Assembly: GCA_038851755.1 (NCBI GenBank)
Contig: JAWCKR010000009.1
Coordinates: 1 to 49,101, forward strand
Direction of reading: 5' to 3'
DNA from: Candidatus Hadarchaeales archaeon
GTDB lineage: Archaea > Hadarchaeota > Hadarchaeia > Hadarchaeales > WYZ-LMO6
Length of the DNA: 49,101 nucleotides
Below the pieces are notes generated by a model. That model saw only the letters and a program-made list of their open reading frames with translations. It made no database searches and was not told the DNA's origin. Both the position numbers and the translations under genes were made by a program. Of this stretch, positions 10,839 to 21,793 are shown in pieces (the stretch's first letter is position 1; the number at the start of each line of letters is the position of its first letter).

Positions 10839-10854
10839 GGGAAGGGTGGTGGGC

Positions 10855-12624
10855 ATGCCCGAGAAGATCATAGGGATAGACCTCGGGACCTCCAACTCCG
10901 CTGCCGCGGTACTGCAGGGTGGAAGGCCGGTCCTCATCCCCAGCGCGGAGGGCCTCACGCCCTACGGTAAGATGTTCCCCTCCTACGTGGCCTTCACCCC
11001 CGAGGGGCAGCTCCTGGTGGGGGAGCCGGCCAGGAGGCAGGCTTCCCTGAACCCCGAGCGAACGGTGACGGGGTTCAAGAGGAAGATGGGGACCGAGTTC
11101 AAGTACAGGATAGGGGACAAGGAGTACACCCCCCAGCAGCTCTCCGCCTTTCTCCTGCAGAAGATCAAGAGGGACGCCGAGGCCTTCCTGGGGCAGGAGG
11201 TGAAGAAGGCCGTGATCACCGTCCCCGCCTACTTCAACGACAACCAGAGGCAGGCCACCAAGGATGCGGGCACGATCGCGGGCCTGGAGGTGGTCAGGAT
11301 CATCAACGAGCCCACCGCGGCTTCCCTCGCCTACGGTCTGGACAAGCTGGAGAAGGAACAGAAGATCCTGGTCTTCGACCTGGGAGGGGGGACACTGGAC
11401 GTCACCATCCTGGAGTTCGGGGGAGGGGTGTTCGAGGTGAAGAGCACGAGCGGGGATACCCAGCTGGGGGGGACCGACATGGACGAGGTCCTGGTGAGGT
11501 ACCTGTGCGAGGAGTTCAGGAGGAAGGAGGGGGTGGACCTCACCGGGGACAGGACGGCCATGATGAGGCTGAGGGAGGCGGCGGAGAGGGCCAAGATAGA
11601 GCTCTCCACCACCCCCGTGACGGAGATCAACCTTCCCTTCCTCTACTCCGACGCCGGCGGGCCCAGGCACCTGCAGATGCAGCTGACCAGGGCCAAGCTG
11701 GAGGAGCTGGTGCGCCCCATCGTCGAGAGGTGCAGGCCCTGCGTGGAGCAGGCCCTGAGGGACGCGAAGCTCACGCCGGAGGAGATAGACAAGGTCATCC
11801 TGGTGGGGGGACCCACCCGCATGCCCATCGTCCAGCGCTTCGTGGAGGAGCTGATGGGGAAGAAGGTGGAGAGGGGGGTGGACCCCATGGAGTGCGTGGC
11901 CATGGGGGCGGCCATCCAGGCAGGGGTGATAGCCGGGGAGCTGAAGGACATCCTCCTGCTGGACGTTACCCCCCTCACGCTCGGCATCGAGACGCTGGGG
12001 GGAATCTTCACCCCTCTCATCCCCAGGAACACCACCATACCCACCAGGAAGAGCCAGGTCTTCACCACGGCCTCCGACTTCCAGACGGCCGTGACCATCC
12101 ACGTGCTCCAGGGAGAGAGGCCCATGGCCGCCGACAACGTCTCCCTGGGGCGCTTCGATCTGGTGGGGATACCCCCGGCCCCGAGGGGTGTGCCCCAGAT
12201 AGAGGTCACCTTCGACATCGATGCCAACGGCATCCTCCAGGTGACGGCCAGAGACCTGGGAACGGGGAAGGAACAGGCCATAAGGATCACCGCCCCCACC
12301 AAGCTCTCGAAGGAGGAGATAGAGAGGATGGTGAAGGAGGCGGAGCAGTTCGCCGAGCAGGACAGGAGGAGGAGGGAGGAGGCCGAACTCAGGAATGAGG
12401 CGGATGCTCTGGCCTACACCGCGGAGAAAACCGTGAAGGAGCTGGGGGAGAAGCTCTCGGAGGAGGAAAGGAAGGGAGTGGAGAGGGCGGTGGGGGAGCT
12501 CAGGGAGGCGCTCGCCGGGAAGGAAGTGGGGAAGATCAGGGAGAAGATGGAGGCCCTGAAGAAGGTGCTGGGGGAGGCCACCTCCAGGATTTACCGCTCC
12601 TCGGGTAGGGAGGAAAAGAAGTAA
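10855..12624 (+). CDS. dnaK: Chaperone DnaK (Hsp70)
   Basis: [39 protein letters not shown] and [13 protein letters not shown]. Confidence 0.98.
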   Translation: MPEKIIGIDLGTSNSAAAVLQGGRPVLIPSAEGLTPYGKMFPSYVAFTPEGQLLVGEPARRQASLNPERTVTGFKRKMGTEFKYRIGDKEYTPQQLSAFLLQKIKRDAEAFLGQEVKKAVITVPAYFNDNQRQATKDAGTIAGLEVVRIINEPTAASLAYGLDKLEKEQKILVFDLGGGTLDVTILEFGGGVFEVKSTSGDTQLGGTDMDEVLVRYLCEEFRRKEGVDLTGDRTAMMRLREAAERAKIELSTTPVTEINLPFLYSDAGGPRHLQMQLTRAKLEELVRPIVERCRPCVEQALRDAKLTPEEIDKVILVGGPTRMPIVQRFVEELMGKKVERGVDPMECVAMGAAIQAGVIAGELKDILLLDVTPLTLGIETLGGIFTPLIPRNTTIPTRKSQVFTTASDFQTAVTIHVLQGERPMAADNVSLGRFDLVGIPPAPRGVPQIEVTFDIDANGILQVTARDLGTGKEQAIRITAPTKLSKEEIERMVKEAEQFAEQDRRRREEAELRNEADALAYTAEKTVKELGEKLSEEERKGVERAVGELREALAGKEVGKIREKMEALKKVLGEATSRIYRSSGREEKK

Positions 12625-12636
12625 GACGAGCGGAGC

Positions 12637-13683
12637 ATGAAGGATTACTACGAGATCCTAGGCGTCAGCAGGAACGCCAGCAAGGAGGAGATAAAGAGGG
12701 CCTACAGGGAGCTGGCGATGAAGTACCACCCTGACAGGAACAAGTCTCCGGACGCCGAGGAAAAGTTTAAAGAGATCTCGGAGGCTTACGCCGTTCTCTC
12801 CGACGACGAGAAGAGAGCGGAGTACGACCGCTGGGGGCACGCCGGGTTCACGGGCAGGTACAGTGCGGAGGACCTCCTCCGCGGTTTCGACTTCGACCTC
12901 CTCAGGGGCTTCGGGTTCGCCGACCTGGATCGGATCTTCGATATCTTCTTCGGGAGGGAGCGCGGAGGGGGAGGGGACCTGGTGGGTGAGCTGGAGCTGG
13001 ACCTGGAGGAGGTCGCCTCAGGCGGGGAGAAGGAGGTGGAGGTGGAGAGGGTGGAGGACTGTCCCTCCTGCTCCGGGTCAGGCGCCGCCCCGGGGGGCAT
13101 GCGGACCTGCGGGACCTGCGGTGGATCGGGGTGGAGGGAGTTCACCCGCAGCCTGGGAGGCTTCTTCACCAGCGTGAGGACCTCCTGCTCTGAGTGCGGG
13201 GGCTCCGGCAGGGTGGTGGTGAAACCCTGCCAGGAGTGCAGGGGTTCGGGCAGGGCGGTGAGGAAGAGGAAGGTCAGGGTGAGGATCCCGCCAGGTGTGG
13301 AGGAGGGTTCGGTGCTGAGGGTGAGAGGCGAGGGAAAAAGGGGGAGGGGACACCCCGGTGACCTCTACCTCACCGTGAGGATCAGGAAGCATCCCCTCTT
13401 CGAGCGGGTGGGAAATGACCTTCTCTGCGACCTCCCCCTGACCCTCCCGCAGGCGGCCTTGGGCAGCACGGTGGAGGTTCCCACCCTGAGGGGAAAGACC
13501 ACCCTCAAGGTACCACCGGGGACCCAGGACGGTCACGTTTTTAGGATCAGGGGGGAGGGGATGCCCAGGCCTGAGGGGGGGAGGGGGGATCTCCACGCAA
13601 GGGTGGTGATAAAGGTCCCCACCCACCTCACGGAGGAGCAGCGCAGGTACCTGAGGGAGTACGAGAAGGTTTTCGGCTCCTGA
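12637..13683 (+). CDS. dnaJ: Chaperone DnaJ (type I)
   Basis: J domain with HPD and four CxxCxGxG repeats ([32 protein letters not shown]). Confidence 0.97.
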   Translation: MKDYYEILGVSRNASKEEIKRAYRELAMKYHPDRNKSPDAEEKFKEISEAYAVLSDDEKRAEYDRWGHAGFTGRYSAEDLLRGFDFDLLRGFGFADLDRIFDIFFGRERGGGGDLVGELELDLEEVASGGEKEVEVERVEDCPSCSGSGAAPGGMRTCGTCGGSGWREFTRSLGGFFTSVRTSCSECGGSGRVVVKPCQECRGSGRAVRKRKVRVRIPPGVEEGSVLRVRGEGKRGRGHPGDLYLTVRIRKHPLFERVGNDLLCDLPLTLPQAALGSTVEVPTLRGKTTLKVPPGTQDGHVFRIRGEGMPRPEGGRGDLHARVVIKVPTHLTEEQRRYLREYEKVFGS

Positions 13684-13728
13684 GCTGTGGGCGGCACCGC
13701 TATTAGGATGGCTCTCGCAGAAGAGTAG

Positions 13729-15015
13729 ATGTCTTCCCTGCTCATCCGTCCGTCCAAGCTGGAGGGGGAGGTCAGGGCGCCCCCCTCCAAGAGCTACACC
13801 CACAGGGCGGTCTCCCTGGCCCTGCTGGCGGAGGGGGAGAGCAGGGTCCGGAGCCCCCTCAGGAGCCTGGATACGGAGGCCACCCTGGACGCTTGCAGGG
13901 TGCTGGGGGCGGGAGTCTCCGCTCTTCCCGAAGAGTGGAGGGTGGAGGGCACGGAGGGAAAGCTGAAGCCGCGTTCCCACCTCATAGACGCGAAGAATTC
14001 AGGTACCACTCTTCGGATCATGACGGCGGTGGCCTCTCACTCCCCCTCCCCAGTGCGGCTCACGGGGGACGAGTCCCTCAGAAGGCGCCCCATGGGTCCC
14101 CTGGTGGAGGCCCTGAGGGAGCTGGGGGTGGAGGCCAGGTGCGAGGGAGAGGGTGGGCGTCCACCGGTGGTGGTGGGAGGAGGGATGGTGGGAGGTGAGG
14201 TGGAGATCACCGGGGAGGTGAGTTCCCAGTTCATCTCCGCCCTCCTCATCGCCTGCCCCTACGCCAGGGAGGAGGTGAGGCTGAGCGTGGTGGGGGAGCT
14301 CCGCTCGCGTCCGTACGTGGAGGTCACCCTCTCCCTGCTGGGGAGGGTGGGGGCCAGGGTGAAGAGGAACGCCAGGCTCACGGAGTTCAGGATTCCGGGT
14401 GAACAGCTCTTCCGCCCCCTCTCCCTCACCATCCCGGGGGACTACTCCTCAGCCTCCTTCGTGCTGGCGGCCGGAGCCCTGGTGGGCTCGGAGGTGAGGG
14501 TGAGCAACCTGGATCCCTCCGACCCACAGGGCGACAGGATTATCGCGGAATTGCTGGAGGAGTTCGGGGCGGAGGTGGAGTTCGGGGATCGGACCCTCAC
14601 CGTCCTGGGTGCGGAGAGGCTGGAGGGGGTGGAGGTGGACTGTGGCGACTGTCCCGACCTGGTGCCCGTCCTGGCGGTGCTGGGAGCCGTGGCGGAGGGG
14701 AGGACGGTCCTCACCAACATCCCCCACCTGCGCCTGAAGGAGACGGACAGGCTGCACGCCCTTTCCTCGGAGCTGGGGAAGATGGGGGCGGAGGTGAGGG
14801 AGCTACCGGACGAGCTCAGGATAAGGGGTGTGAGGAAGCTCAGGGGGGCTAGGGTGAACTCCTTCGGGGATCACCGAATGGCCATGGCCCTGGCGGTGGC
14901 GGGACTGGTGGCGGAGGGGACCACGGTGGTGGAGGGGGCGGAGTCCATACCCGTGTCCTATCCGACCTTCGTCGAGGACATGAAGAGGCTCGGGGCCAGG
15001 ATGGAGTACGTCTGA
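13729..15015 (+). CDS. aroA: EPSP synthase
   Basis: PPSKSYTHRA, NSGTTLR, RRPMGPL, SSQFISAL, KETDRL and DHRMAMA. Confidence 0.97.
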   Translation: MSSLLIRPSKLEGEVRAPPSKSYTHRAVSLALLAEGESRVRSPLRSLDTEATLDACRVLGAGVSALPEEWRVEGTEGKLKPRSHLIDAKNSGTTLRIMTAVASHSPSPVRLTGDESLRRRPMGPLVEALRELGVEARCEGEGGRPPVVVGGGMVGGEVEITGEVSSQFISALLIACPYAREEVRLSVVGELRSRPYVEVTLSLLGRVGARVKRNARLTEFRIPGEQLFRPLSLTIPGDYSSASFVLAAGALVGSEVRVSNLDPSDPQGDRIIAELLEEFGAEVEFGDRTLTVLGAERLEGVEVDCGDCPDLVPVLAVLGAVAEGRTVLTNIPHLRLKETDRLHALSSELGKMGAEVRELPDELRIRGVRKLRGARVNSFGDHRMAMALAVAGLVAEGTTVVEGAESIPVSYPTFVEDMKRLGARMEYV

Positions 15016-15084
15016 CCCTCTGCGCGAGGAAGGTCGGGCAGAGGGTCCTTTTAGGTTGGTTTTCCTTCTTTAGTGGGTGGAGGG

Positions 15085-16188
15085 ATGGGAAGCCTCTTCG
15101 GCAGGAAGTTCAGGGTGATGACCTTCGGGGAGTCCCACGGTCCAGCCGTGGGGGTGGTGGTGGAGGGAGTGCCGGCAGGCCTGCCCCTCCGGGAGGAGGA
15201 CCTCCAGAGGGAGCTGGACAGGAGGAGGCCGGGGCAGAGCCAGGTGAGCAGTCCCAGGCAGGAGAGGGACAGGGTGGAGATCCTCTCAGGGGTCTTCGAG
15301 GGCAGGACCACGGGAGCACCCCTCTGCCTGATGGTGAGGAACGAGGGGGCGGACCCCTCCGCCTACGAGCAGGTTAGGACCAAGCCACGCCCTGGCCACG
15401 CGGACCTCACCTACCTCCTGAAGTACGGGCACGTGGACTGGAGGGGGGGAGGCAGGTCGTCTGGCAGGGAGACGGTGGGGAGGGTGGCTGCAGGGGCGGT
15501 GGCGAAGCTCCTCCTCTCCTCCTGCGGGGTGGAGATACTGGGGCACACCCTCGAGGCCGCGGGGGTGAGGGTGGAGAGGGAGGTGGAGGACAGGGAGATA
15601 AAGGAGAACGCGGAGCGCAACCCCATGAGGTGTGCCGACCCGGAAGTGGCCAGGAGAATGGAGGAGGCCGTGCTCGAGGCGGCCAGGCGGGGAGACAGCA
15701 CCGGAGGGGTGGTGGAGGTGAGAGCGGTGGGAGTTCCCCCAGGGCTGGGCGATCCCGTGTTCGACAAGCTGGACGCTGACATAGCCCACGCCATGATGTC
15801 CATAGGAGGGGTGAAGGCGGTGGAGATCGGGGAGGGGACTAGGTTCGCCAGGATGAGGGGGTCGGAGGCCAACGACCCCATCGTGATGAGGGGGGGGAGG
15901 ATCACCACCCTCACCAACAGGTCCGGAGGTATCCTTGGCGGGATAAGCGTGGGTACGCCCATCGTGGTACGCCTGACGGTGAAGCCCACCCCCTCCATCT
16001 CCCTTCCACAGCGGACGGTGGACCTGGAAAAGGGGGAGGAGACGGTGCTGGAGCTGAGGGGAAGGTTCGATCCCAACCTCTGTCCCAGGGTGGTGCCCGT
16101 GGCGGAGGCCATGCTGGCCCTGGTGCTGGCGGATCACCTGCTCCTCGCCGGAAAGCTTCCTCCGGACCGATGGGGTGGGAGAGGGTGA
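15085..16188 (+). CDS. aroC: Chorismate synthase
   Basis: [31 protein letters not shown] and GGILGGIS. Confidence 0.97.
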   Translation: MGSLFGRKFRVMTFGESHGPAVGVVVEGVPAGLPLREEDLQRELDRRRPGQSQVSSPRQERDRVEILSGVFEGRTTGAPLCLMVRNEGADPSAYEQVRTKPRPGHADLTYLLKYGHVDWRGGGRSSGRETVGRVAAGAVAKLLLSSCGVEILGHTLEAAGVRVEREVEDREIKENAERNPMRCADPEVARRMEEAVLEAARRGDSTGGVVEVRAVGVPPGLGDPVFDKLDADIAHAMMSIGGVKAVEIGEGTRFARMRGSEANDPIVMRGGRITTLTNRSGGILGGISVGTPIVVRLTVKPTPSISLPQRTVDLEKGEETVLELRGRFDPNLCPRVVPVAEAMLALVLADHLLLAGKLPPDRWGGRG

Positions 16189-17045
16189 AGGGGAGGGCCT
16201 CGGCCTGCGGGTCGGCCACGCTGATCAACGCCATGGCCACCGGGAAAGGGGGGGCCTTCGCCGTGGAGCTGAGGGTGGAGGCGGAGGTGGAGCTGGTGGA
16301 GGGTGGAAAGGAAGTGAGGGGGGAGGTGAGGGGGGCCAGGGAGAGCCCCTCGCTGGTGGAGAGGTGCGTGAGGAAGGTCCTGGAGAGGGAGGGGGTGCTC
16401 GGGGAGTACGGGGCCAGGGTGAGGACGAGGGCGGGGGTCCCGGTGGCCGTGGGGCTCTCGAGCAGCAGCGCGGCCAGCAACGCCGCGGTGCTGGCCACCT
16501 TCGTTGCGCTGGGGAAGAAACCCAGACCCAGGGAGGTGCTGGAGCTGGCCATCCAGGCCTCGCTGGAGGAAGGTGTGACCCTCACGGGCGCCCTGGATGA
16601 TGCCGCGGCCTCCTATCTGGGGGGAGGGGTGCTTACGGACAACCTGAGGAGGAGGATCCTGAAGAGGTTCGAGGTGAATCCCGAGCTGGAGGTGCTCATC
16701 CACCTTCCCCCCAAGAGGCTCTACACCTCTCAGGTGAGGAGGGAGGTCCTGGCTCCCATAGCGGGGATGGTGGGGGAGCTGCACCGCCAGGCCCTGCTGG
16801 GGAACCTCTGGGGGGCGATGACGGTCAACGGCCTCCTCTACTCCTCCGTTCTGGGCCACGACCCCTCCGTGGCGCTGGAGGCCCTCTCCCTGGGCGCCCT
16901 GGCCGCCGGCCTCACGGGTAAGGGACCGGCCACGGTGGCGGTCTGCGAGCCCTCCAAAACCAAACGTATAAAGGAGGCCTGGGGGAGGAAGGATGGGAGA
17001 ATACTCGCCACACGGCCTTCTCCGGTGGGAGCGGAGGTGAAGTAG
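16185..17045 (+). CDS. aroK: Archaeal (GHMP-family) shikimate kinase
   Basis: [26 protein letters not shown] and GLTGKGP; GTGA overlap with aroC. Confidence 0.93.
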   Translation: MKGRASACGSATLINAMATGKGGAFAVELRVEAEVELVEGGKEVRGEVRGARESPSLVERCVRKVLEREGVLGEYGARVRTRAGVPVAVGLSSSSAASNAAVLATFVALGKKPRPREVLELAIQASLEEGVTLTGALDDAAASYLGGGVLTDNLRRRILKRFEVNPELEVLIHLPPKRLYTSQVRREVLAPIAGMVGELHRQALLGNLWGAMTVNGLLYSSVLGHDPSVALEALSLGALAAGLTGKGPATVAVCEPSKTKRIKEAWGRKDGRILATRPSPVGAEVK

Positions 17046-17848
17046 TGTCCGCCACCTCCAAGCCGGGGGGAAAATTGGAGGAACTCCGGGCGGAGATAGA
17101 TGAGATAGACCGCCAGCTTGTGACGCTTCTGGCCAAGAGGATGGCGCTGGCCGGGGAGATAGCGAGGGTGAAGGAGAGGGAGGGCAGGCCCCTCAGGGAC
17201 GAGAGGAGGGAGGGCGAGGTGGTGGAGAGGGCCAGGAGGCTGGCCAGGGAGCGGCGCCTGGACCCTGAGGTGGCGGAGACCGTGATGAGGGTGATCATCT
17301 CGAGGGCCACCCAGAAGCAGGCGGAGAGGCTGGAGAGGGCGGAGTGGTGGGACCACCTGAACAGAGTTTTCAGGGACTATCCCGCGCAGCTCAGGGTGGC
17401 CAAGGTCCTCTTCTCCCACGGGCTGAGGGTGGGGGAGGGGGGGAAGGTCATGTGCAGGAACCTCAGGGTCCCTTCCCTGCAGGTGGCCAGGGAGGCGGGT
17501 GTGGACAGGAGGACGGTGGAGACCACGGCCCTGACCCTGCTCAGGGATGAAAAGCTGGGCCCCCTTTTCTCCAACCTGGAGCCCCTCCCCTACCTCAAGA
17601 GCGTGGCGCACCACCTGGGTCTTGGGGTGGTGGAGATCACGGCGGAGGACCCCACCAAGCCTGGCATCCTGCACGAGGTGGCGGAGGTCCTCTCCAAGTT
17701 CAGAGTGAGCGTGAGGCAGGTGGCGGCCGATGACCCCCACCTCGTTCCCTTCCCCAAGATCACGGTGGTGACGGACCGCCCTCTGAAGGGCAAGGTCATA
17801 GAGGAGCTCAGGGCTCTTCCCAGCGTCCAGAGCGTGATCGTCTACTGA
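17045..17848 (+). CDS. Chorismate mutase (AroQ) fused to an archaeal ACT-domain regulator module
   Basis: N-terminal LEELRAEIDEIDRQLVTLLAKR...RDERRE. C-terminal YPAQLRVAKVL, VAREAGVDRRTV and ACT-like PGILHEVAEVLSKFRVSVRQ. Confidence 0.85.
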   Translation: MSATSKPGGKLEELRAEIDEIDRQLVTLLAKRMALAGEIARVKEREGRPLRDERREGEVVERARRLARERRLDPEVAETVMRVIISRATQKQAERLERAEWWDHLNRVFRDYPAQLRVAKVLFSHGLRVGEGGKVMCRNLRVPSLQVAREAGVDRRTVETTALTLLRDEKLGPLFSNLEPLPYLKSVAHHLGLGVVEITAEDPTKPGILHEVAEVLSKFRVSVRQVAADDPHLVPFPKITVVTDRPLKGKVIEELRALPSVQSVIVY

Positions 17849-17894
17849 GTGAGGGGCTAATAAGGAAAAAGTGGAGAGATAGGGAGGAAAAGGG

Positions 17895-19424
17895 ATGGCG
17901 CTCATCCTCTCGGCCAGGCCCATAGAGATGGAGTCCGGGTACAACCTGGTGCTCCTCCACGAGCGCGACGCTGAGGAGCTGGGGCTCTACGTGGGGGACA
18001 GGGTGAGGCTCTCCACCCCCTCCTCCTCGCTGGTCGCGGCCGTGAACCTCACCGGGGAGATGGTGGGGAGGGGAGAGGTGGGGGTCCTGCTGGAGGTCTC
18101 CAGGGGAATGGGGCTGAAGCGGGGGGACAGGGTGACGGTCTCCCCCCTTCCTCCCCCGGCCTCCGTGGAGGCCATCAGGAGGAAAATGGAAGGGAAGCGT
18201 CTCACGCATGAGGAGATAGGTGAGGTCGTCAGGGACATCGTTCGCAACAACCTCACTCCCACCGAGATCTCGGCCTTCGTGGTGGCGGAGTACACCAGGG
18301 GGATGTCCATGGAGGAGATCGTCTCCCTCACCACGCACATGGTGGAGACGGGGGAGAGGCTGAAGCTGGAGAGGGGGCCGGTGGTGGACGTGCACAGCAT
18401 AGGGGGAGTTCCGGGAAACAAGTACGCGCTGGTGACGGTCCCCCTGGCGGTGGCCGGTGGCGTAACGGTGCCGAAGACCAGCAGCAGGGCGATCACGAGC
18501 GCGGCGGGGACGGCGGACGTGATGGAAGTCTTGGCGAACGTGAGCTTCAGCCTGGGGGAGATCAAGGAGATCGTGGAGAGGGTGGGAGGGGTGATAGCCT
18601 GGGGTGGTTCGGTGAGCCTTGCCCCGGCGGACGACCTCCTGATAAGGACGGAGCGAGTGCTGCGCATCGACCCCCCCTGTCAGATGCTGGCGAGCGTGAT
18701 GGCGAAGAAGCTGGCGGAGGGTGCGGAGCACATCCTCATAGACCTTCCCACGGGCCCTGGCGCGAAGGTCAGGGAGGCGGAGGAGGCACGCTCCCTGGCC
18801 CACGACTTCATGGAGCTGGGGAGGAGGCTGCGCGTCAAGGTGGAGGTGGTCCTGACCTACGGGGGCCAGCCCCTGGGTAGGGCGGTGGGCCCGGCCCTGG
18901 AGGCCAGGGAGGCCCTGGAGGCCCTGCGGGGGGAGGGCCCCAACAGCCTGAGGGAGAAGGCGCTCAGCCTGGCCGGGGTAATGCTGGAGATGGGCGGGAA
19001 GGCACCCCTGGGGAGGGGGAGGGAGGTGGCCTGGGATCTCCTCAGGTCCGGGAAGGCGGAGGCGAAGTTCAGGGAGATGATCGAGGCGCAGGGCGGAGAC
19101 CCGAAGGTGAGGCCGGAGGACATACCGGTGGGAGACAAGAGGGCAGCGGTGGAGTCCCCCTCGGACGGCTACGTCACCCACATCCACAACGAGAGGATTA
19201 CGGCGATAGCCTGCGCGGCGGGGGCGCCCAGGAGCAGGGGAGCTGGGGTGAAGCTTTTCGTGAAGCGGGGGCATAAAGTTAATAGGGGGGAAAAATTGTT
19301 TGAAATCTATGCGGAGCATGAGAGCAAACTGGAGGAGGCGCTGAAGGTGGTGTCGCGGAGCTTCCCGATGAGGATAGAGGGGATGATGCTGGAGAGGCTC
19401 TCGGAGAGACCCAGGGAGTGGTGA
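17895..19424 (+). CDS. deoA: AMP phosphorylase (archaeal thymidine-phosphorylase family)
   Basis: N-terminal barrel extension, DVHSIGGVPGNK, PKTSSRAITSAAGTAD, QPLGRAVGPALEA and GAPRSRGAG. Confidence 0.93.
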   Translation: MALILSARPIEMESGYNLVLLHERDAEELGLYVGDRVRLSTPSSSLVAAVNLTGEMVGRGEVGVLLEVSRGMGLKRGDRVTVSPLPPPASVEAIRRKMEGKRLTHEEIGEVVRDIVRNNLTPTEISAFVVAEYTRGMSMEEIVSLTTHMVETGERLKLERGPVVDVHSIGGVPGNKYALVTVPLAVAGGVTVPKTSSRAITSAAGTADVMEVLANVSFSLGEIKEIVERVGGVIAWGGSVSLAPADDLLIRTERVLRIDPPCQMLASVMAKKLAEGAEHILIDLPTGPGAKVREAEEARSLAHDFMELGRRLRVKVEVVLTYGGQPLGRAVGPALEAREALEALRGEGPNSLREKALSLAGVMLEMGGKAPLGRGREVAWDLLRSGKAEAKFREMIEAQGGDPKVRPEDIPVGDKRAAVESPSDGYVTHIHNERITAIACAAGAPRSRGAGVKLFVKRGHKVNRGEKLFEIYAEHESKLEEALKVVSRSFPMRIEGMMLERLSERPREW

Positions 19425-19425
19425 G

Positions 19426-19887
19426 GTGTGGACTACCCCCAAGAGGTTCGCTCTGGTCTCGGCGGGCGCTGAAGGGCCTTTCGAGCTCGTGGCGCTTGAC
19501 AACGCTCTGAGGAAGGCGGGAGTGGGTGAGCTGAACCTCATCCCCGTGTCCAGCATCCTCCCGCAGGGTTGTGTCCTTTCCGAGCTTCCCCCCATCACAC
19601 CTGGTACCCTCACCCCCGTGGTCATCTCCAAGATCTGCAGCTCCACCCCCGGTCAGAAGATAGCGGCCGCCCTTGGAGTGGCCATGAGCGAGGACTCACA
19701 CGGCATGATCTCGGAGTACCACGACATAGGGGTCTCGGAGAGAACGGCGGGCAAGACGGCGGAGGCCATGGTGAAGTACATGATGGAGGAAAGAGGACTG
19801 CAGCCCACCAAGGTCACCTCCGTCTCGGCCGGGCACATAGTGAAGCGTCACGGTGCGGCGGTGGCCATAGCCGTCTTTCTGCCTTGA
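19426..19887 (+). CDS. pdaD: Pyruvoyl-dependent arginine decarboxylase
   Basis: ALDNALRKAGVGELNLIPVSSILP (Ser-Ser self-cleavage site) and GMISEY; 153 aa. Confidence 0.9.
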   Translation: MWTTPKRFALVSAGAEGPFELVALDNALRKAGVGELNLIPVSSILPQGCVLSELPPITPGTLTPVVISKICSSTPGQKIAAALGVAMSEDSHGMISEYHDIGVSERTAGKTAEAMVKYMMEERGLQPTKVTSVSAGHIVKRHGAAVAIAVFLP

Positions 19888-19990
19888 GACGGTCTGCTTT
19901 GGGAAGGTGGGAGCGCCTGCCCCGTCCTGTCCTTCGCTTCAGCAGTTCGGGGGATGGGGTATCCGCCGCTGGGCCCCTTCAGACGGCTCA
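19885..19990 (+). other. Long imperfect hairpin between convergent pdaD and thermosome genes (candidate structured RNA)
   Basis: Nested pairings TGAG/CTCA, GTCTG/CAGAC, AAGG/CCTT, AGCG/CGCT and GCCCCGTCC/GGATGGGGT. The G-U pairs favour the + strand. Confidence 0.4.
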
Positions 19991-20063
19991 GGAGACCTTA
20001 GGTAGAGTTGGTCCTTTCTTTGGGGGTGCTAAGTTCGGGAGATGTTAGATCCTGTCGGGAGGC

Positions 20064-21707
20064 TCAGTCGCTCTCCGACTCGCTCTTCTCCCCGCCCTCC
20101 TCCCCTCCGGGAGTCTTGGGCGAGGGGAAGGACTTCTTGGCGGCGGCGATGACGTCGTCGATCCTCAGGATCATGATGGCGGCTTCGGCCGCCGACTTGA
20201 TGGCCTGGGTCTTCACCCTCAGGGGCTCCACGACCCCCAGCTTCTTCATGTCCTCGATCTTCCCGTTGTACACATCCACCCCGTAGTACTTCCCCTCCTG
20301 TTTGGCGTGCTTGGCCCTCAGCTCCACCAGGATGTCCACGCTGTCCATTCCCGCGTTCTCGGCCAGGGTCTTCGGGATGACCTCCAGGGCGTCGGCGAAG
20401 GCCCTCACGGCCAGGGCCTCCCTTCCGCCCACCGTGTCCGCGTAGTCCCTCAGCCTGGTGGCAAGGGCCATCTCGGGCGCCCCTCCCCCGTACACGTACT
20501 TGTTGTCCTCCACGGCCGCGGCCACCACCCCCAGGGCGTCGGTCAGCCCCCTCTCGATTTCGTCCGTCACGTGCTCGGAGCCTCCCCTCACCAGGATGCC
20601 CACTGCCCTGGGGTTTTCGCACTCCCTGACGAAGATGAACTTCTTGTCCCCAATCTTCCTCTCCTCCACCACCCCGGCCTTCCCCAGCTCAGCGGGGGTG
20701 AGGTCCTCCAGGTTGGTGACGACCTTTCCACCCGTGGCCCTGGAGAGCTTCTCCATGTCGGACTTCTTCACCCTCCTGGCGGCCAGGATGCCGGCCTTCG
20801 CCAGGTAGTGCTGGGCCAGGTCGTCTATCCCTTTCTGGCAGAAGACCACGTTGGCTCCCACCGAGGAGATCTTCTCCACCATCTCCCTGAGCATCTTCTC
20901 CTCCTGGTCCAGGAAGGCCCTCAGCTGCTCGGGCCTGGTCACCCTTATCTCCGCGTCCGTCTCCGTCTTCTTTATCTCCAGGGGCAGGTCCAGAAGGGCG
21001 ATCCTGGCGTTCTTGATCACCTCGGGCATGCCCGGGTGTACCCTCTCCTTGTCCAGGATGAGCCCGTTCACGATCTGGGAGTCGTCCGTGCTCCCGCCGG
21101 CCTTCTTCTCAATCCCCACGTGGTCGAGGTCCACCCTGTACTTCCCATCCGCCTTGTCCGCGACCCTCCTGATGGCCTCCACGGCCAGCTCCGCCAGCTT
21201 CTCCCTGGCCCCCTCCGACTTCTTTCCCGTCATGGAGGTTATGGCGATCTTGCGGAGGGTTTGGGTGTCGTCGATGGAGGTCTTTTCGGCCAGCTCCTCC
21301 AGGATCTCCTTGGCCTTGTCGGCGGCCATCCTGTAGCCAGTGACGATGATCATGGGGTGGATGCCCTGATCGAGGAGCTTCTCTGCCTGGTGGAGGAGGG
21401 CCCCTGCCACCACCACCGCCGTGGTGGTCCCGTCCTTCACCTCCTCGTCCATGGTCTTCGCCACCTCCACCATCATCTTGGCGGCGGGGTGCTCCACATC
21501 CATCTCCTTCAGGATGGTGACGCCGTCGTTCGTGATGGTAACGTCCCCCAGGGTGTCCACCATCATCTTGTCCATGCCCCTGGGGCCCAGGGTGGTGCGG
21601 ACGGCCTCGGCTATGATCTTGGCTGCGGCTATGTTCATGCGCTTGGCATCTCTCCCCACCAGCCTCGTCGCACCTTCGGGCAGGATGAGGATGGGCTTAG
21701 CCGCCAT
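20064..21707 (-). CDS. thsA: Thermosome subunit (group II chaperonin)
   Basis: [34 protein letters not shown] and ILRIDDVI. Confidence 0.97.
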   Translation of the reverse strand: MAAKPILILPEGATRLVGRDAKRMNIAAAKIIAEAVRTTLGPRGMDKMMVDTLGDVTITNDGVTILKEMDVEHPAAKMMVEVAKTMDEEVKDGTTTAVVVAGALLHQAEKLLDQGIHPMIIVTGYRMAADKAKEILEELAEKTSIDDTQTLRKIAITSMTGKKSEGAREKLAELAVEAIRRVADKADGKYRVDLDHVGIEKKAGGSTDDSQIVNGLILDKERVHPGMPEVIKNARIALLDLPLEIKKTETDAEIRVTRPEQLRAFLDQEEKMLREMVEKISSVGANVVFCQKGIDDLAQHYLAKAGILAARRVKKSDMEKLSRATGGKVVTNLEDLTPAELGKAGVVEERKIGDKKFIFVRECENPRAVGILVRGGSEHVTDEIERGLTDALGVVAAAVEDNKYVYGGGAPEMALATRLRDYADTVGGREALAVRAFADALEVIPKTLAENAGMDSVDILVELRAKHAKQEGKYYGVDVYNGKIEDMKKLGVVEPLRVKTQAIKSAAEAAIMILRIDDVIAAAKKSFPSPKTPGGEEGGEKSESESD

Positions 21708-21761
21708 GCTGACCCTCCATAACTTGATAACTCATAATGGGAATAAAACATCTTCCTTTTA

Positions 21762-21777
21762 TGCTTTTCGGTAACTT
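21762..21777 (-). promoter_or_regulatory. Putative BRE/TATA of the thermosome gene
   Basis: The minus strand reads TTACCGAAAAGCATAAAAG. A similar TACCGAAAGGTTTTCAAA lies upstream of the second ATPase (about 25737-25754). Confidence 0.4.
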
Positions 21778-21793
21778 GCCACCCGTGACGGTT

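Noticed and set aside
13729-17848. aro operon as supplier of an aromatic acceptor for the UbiA enzymes
   Set aside because: It lies more than 9 kb from the island among housekeeping genes, and no chorismate lyase or men/mqn gene is visible. Proximity alone is not evidence.
19900-19980. Minus strand has 5S rRNA-like words (GGCCCAGCGGCGG, CCCATCCCCCGAAC)
   Set aside because: The segment between helix II and loop C is missing and the spacing does not fit 5S rRNA; the G-U pairs favour the plus strand. No C/D boxes were found, and no nearby in-frame UGA gene supports a SECIS.
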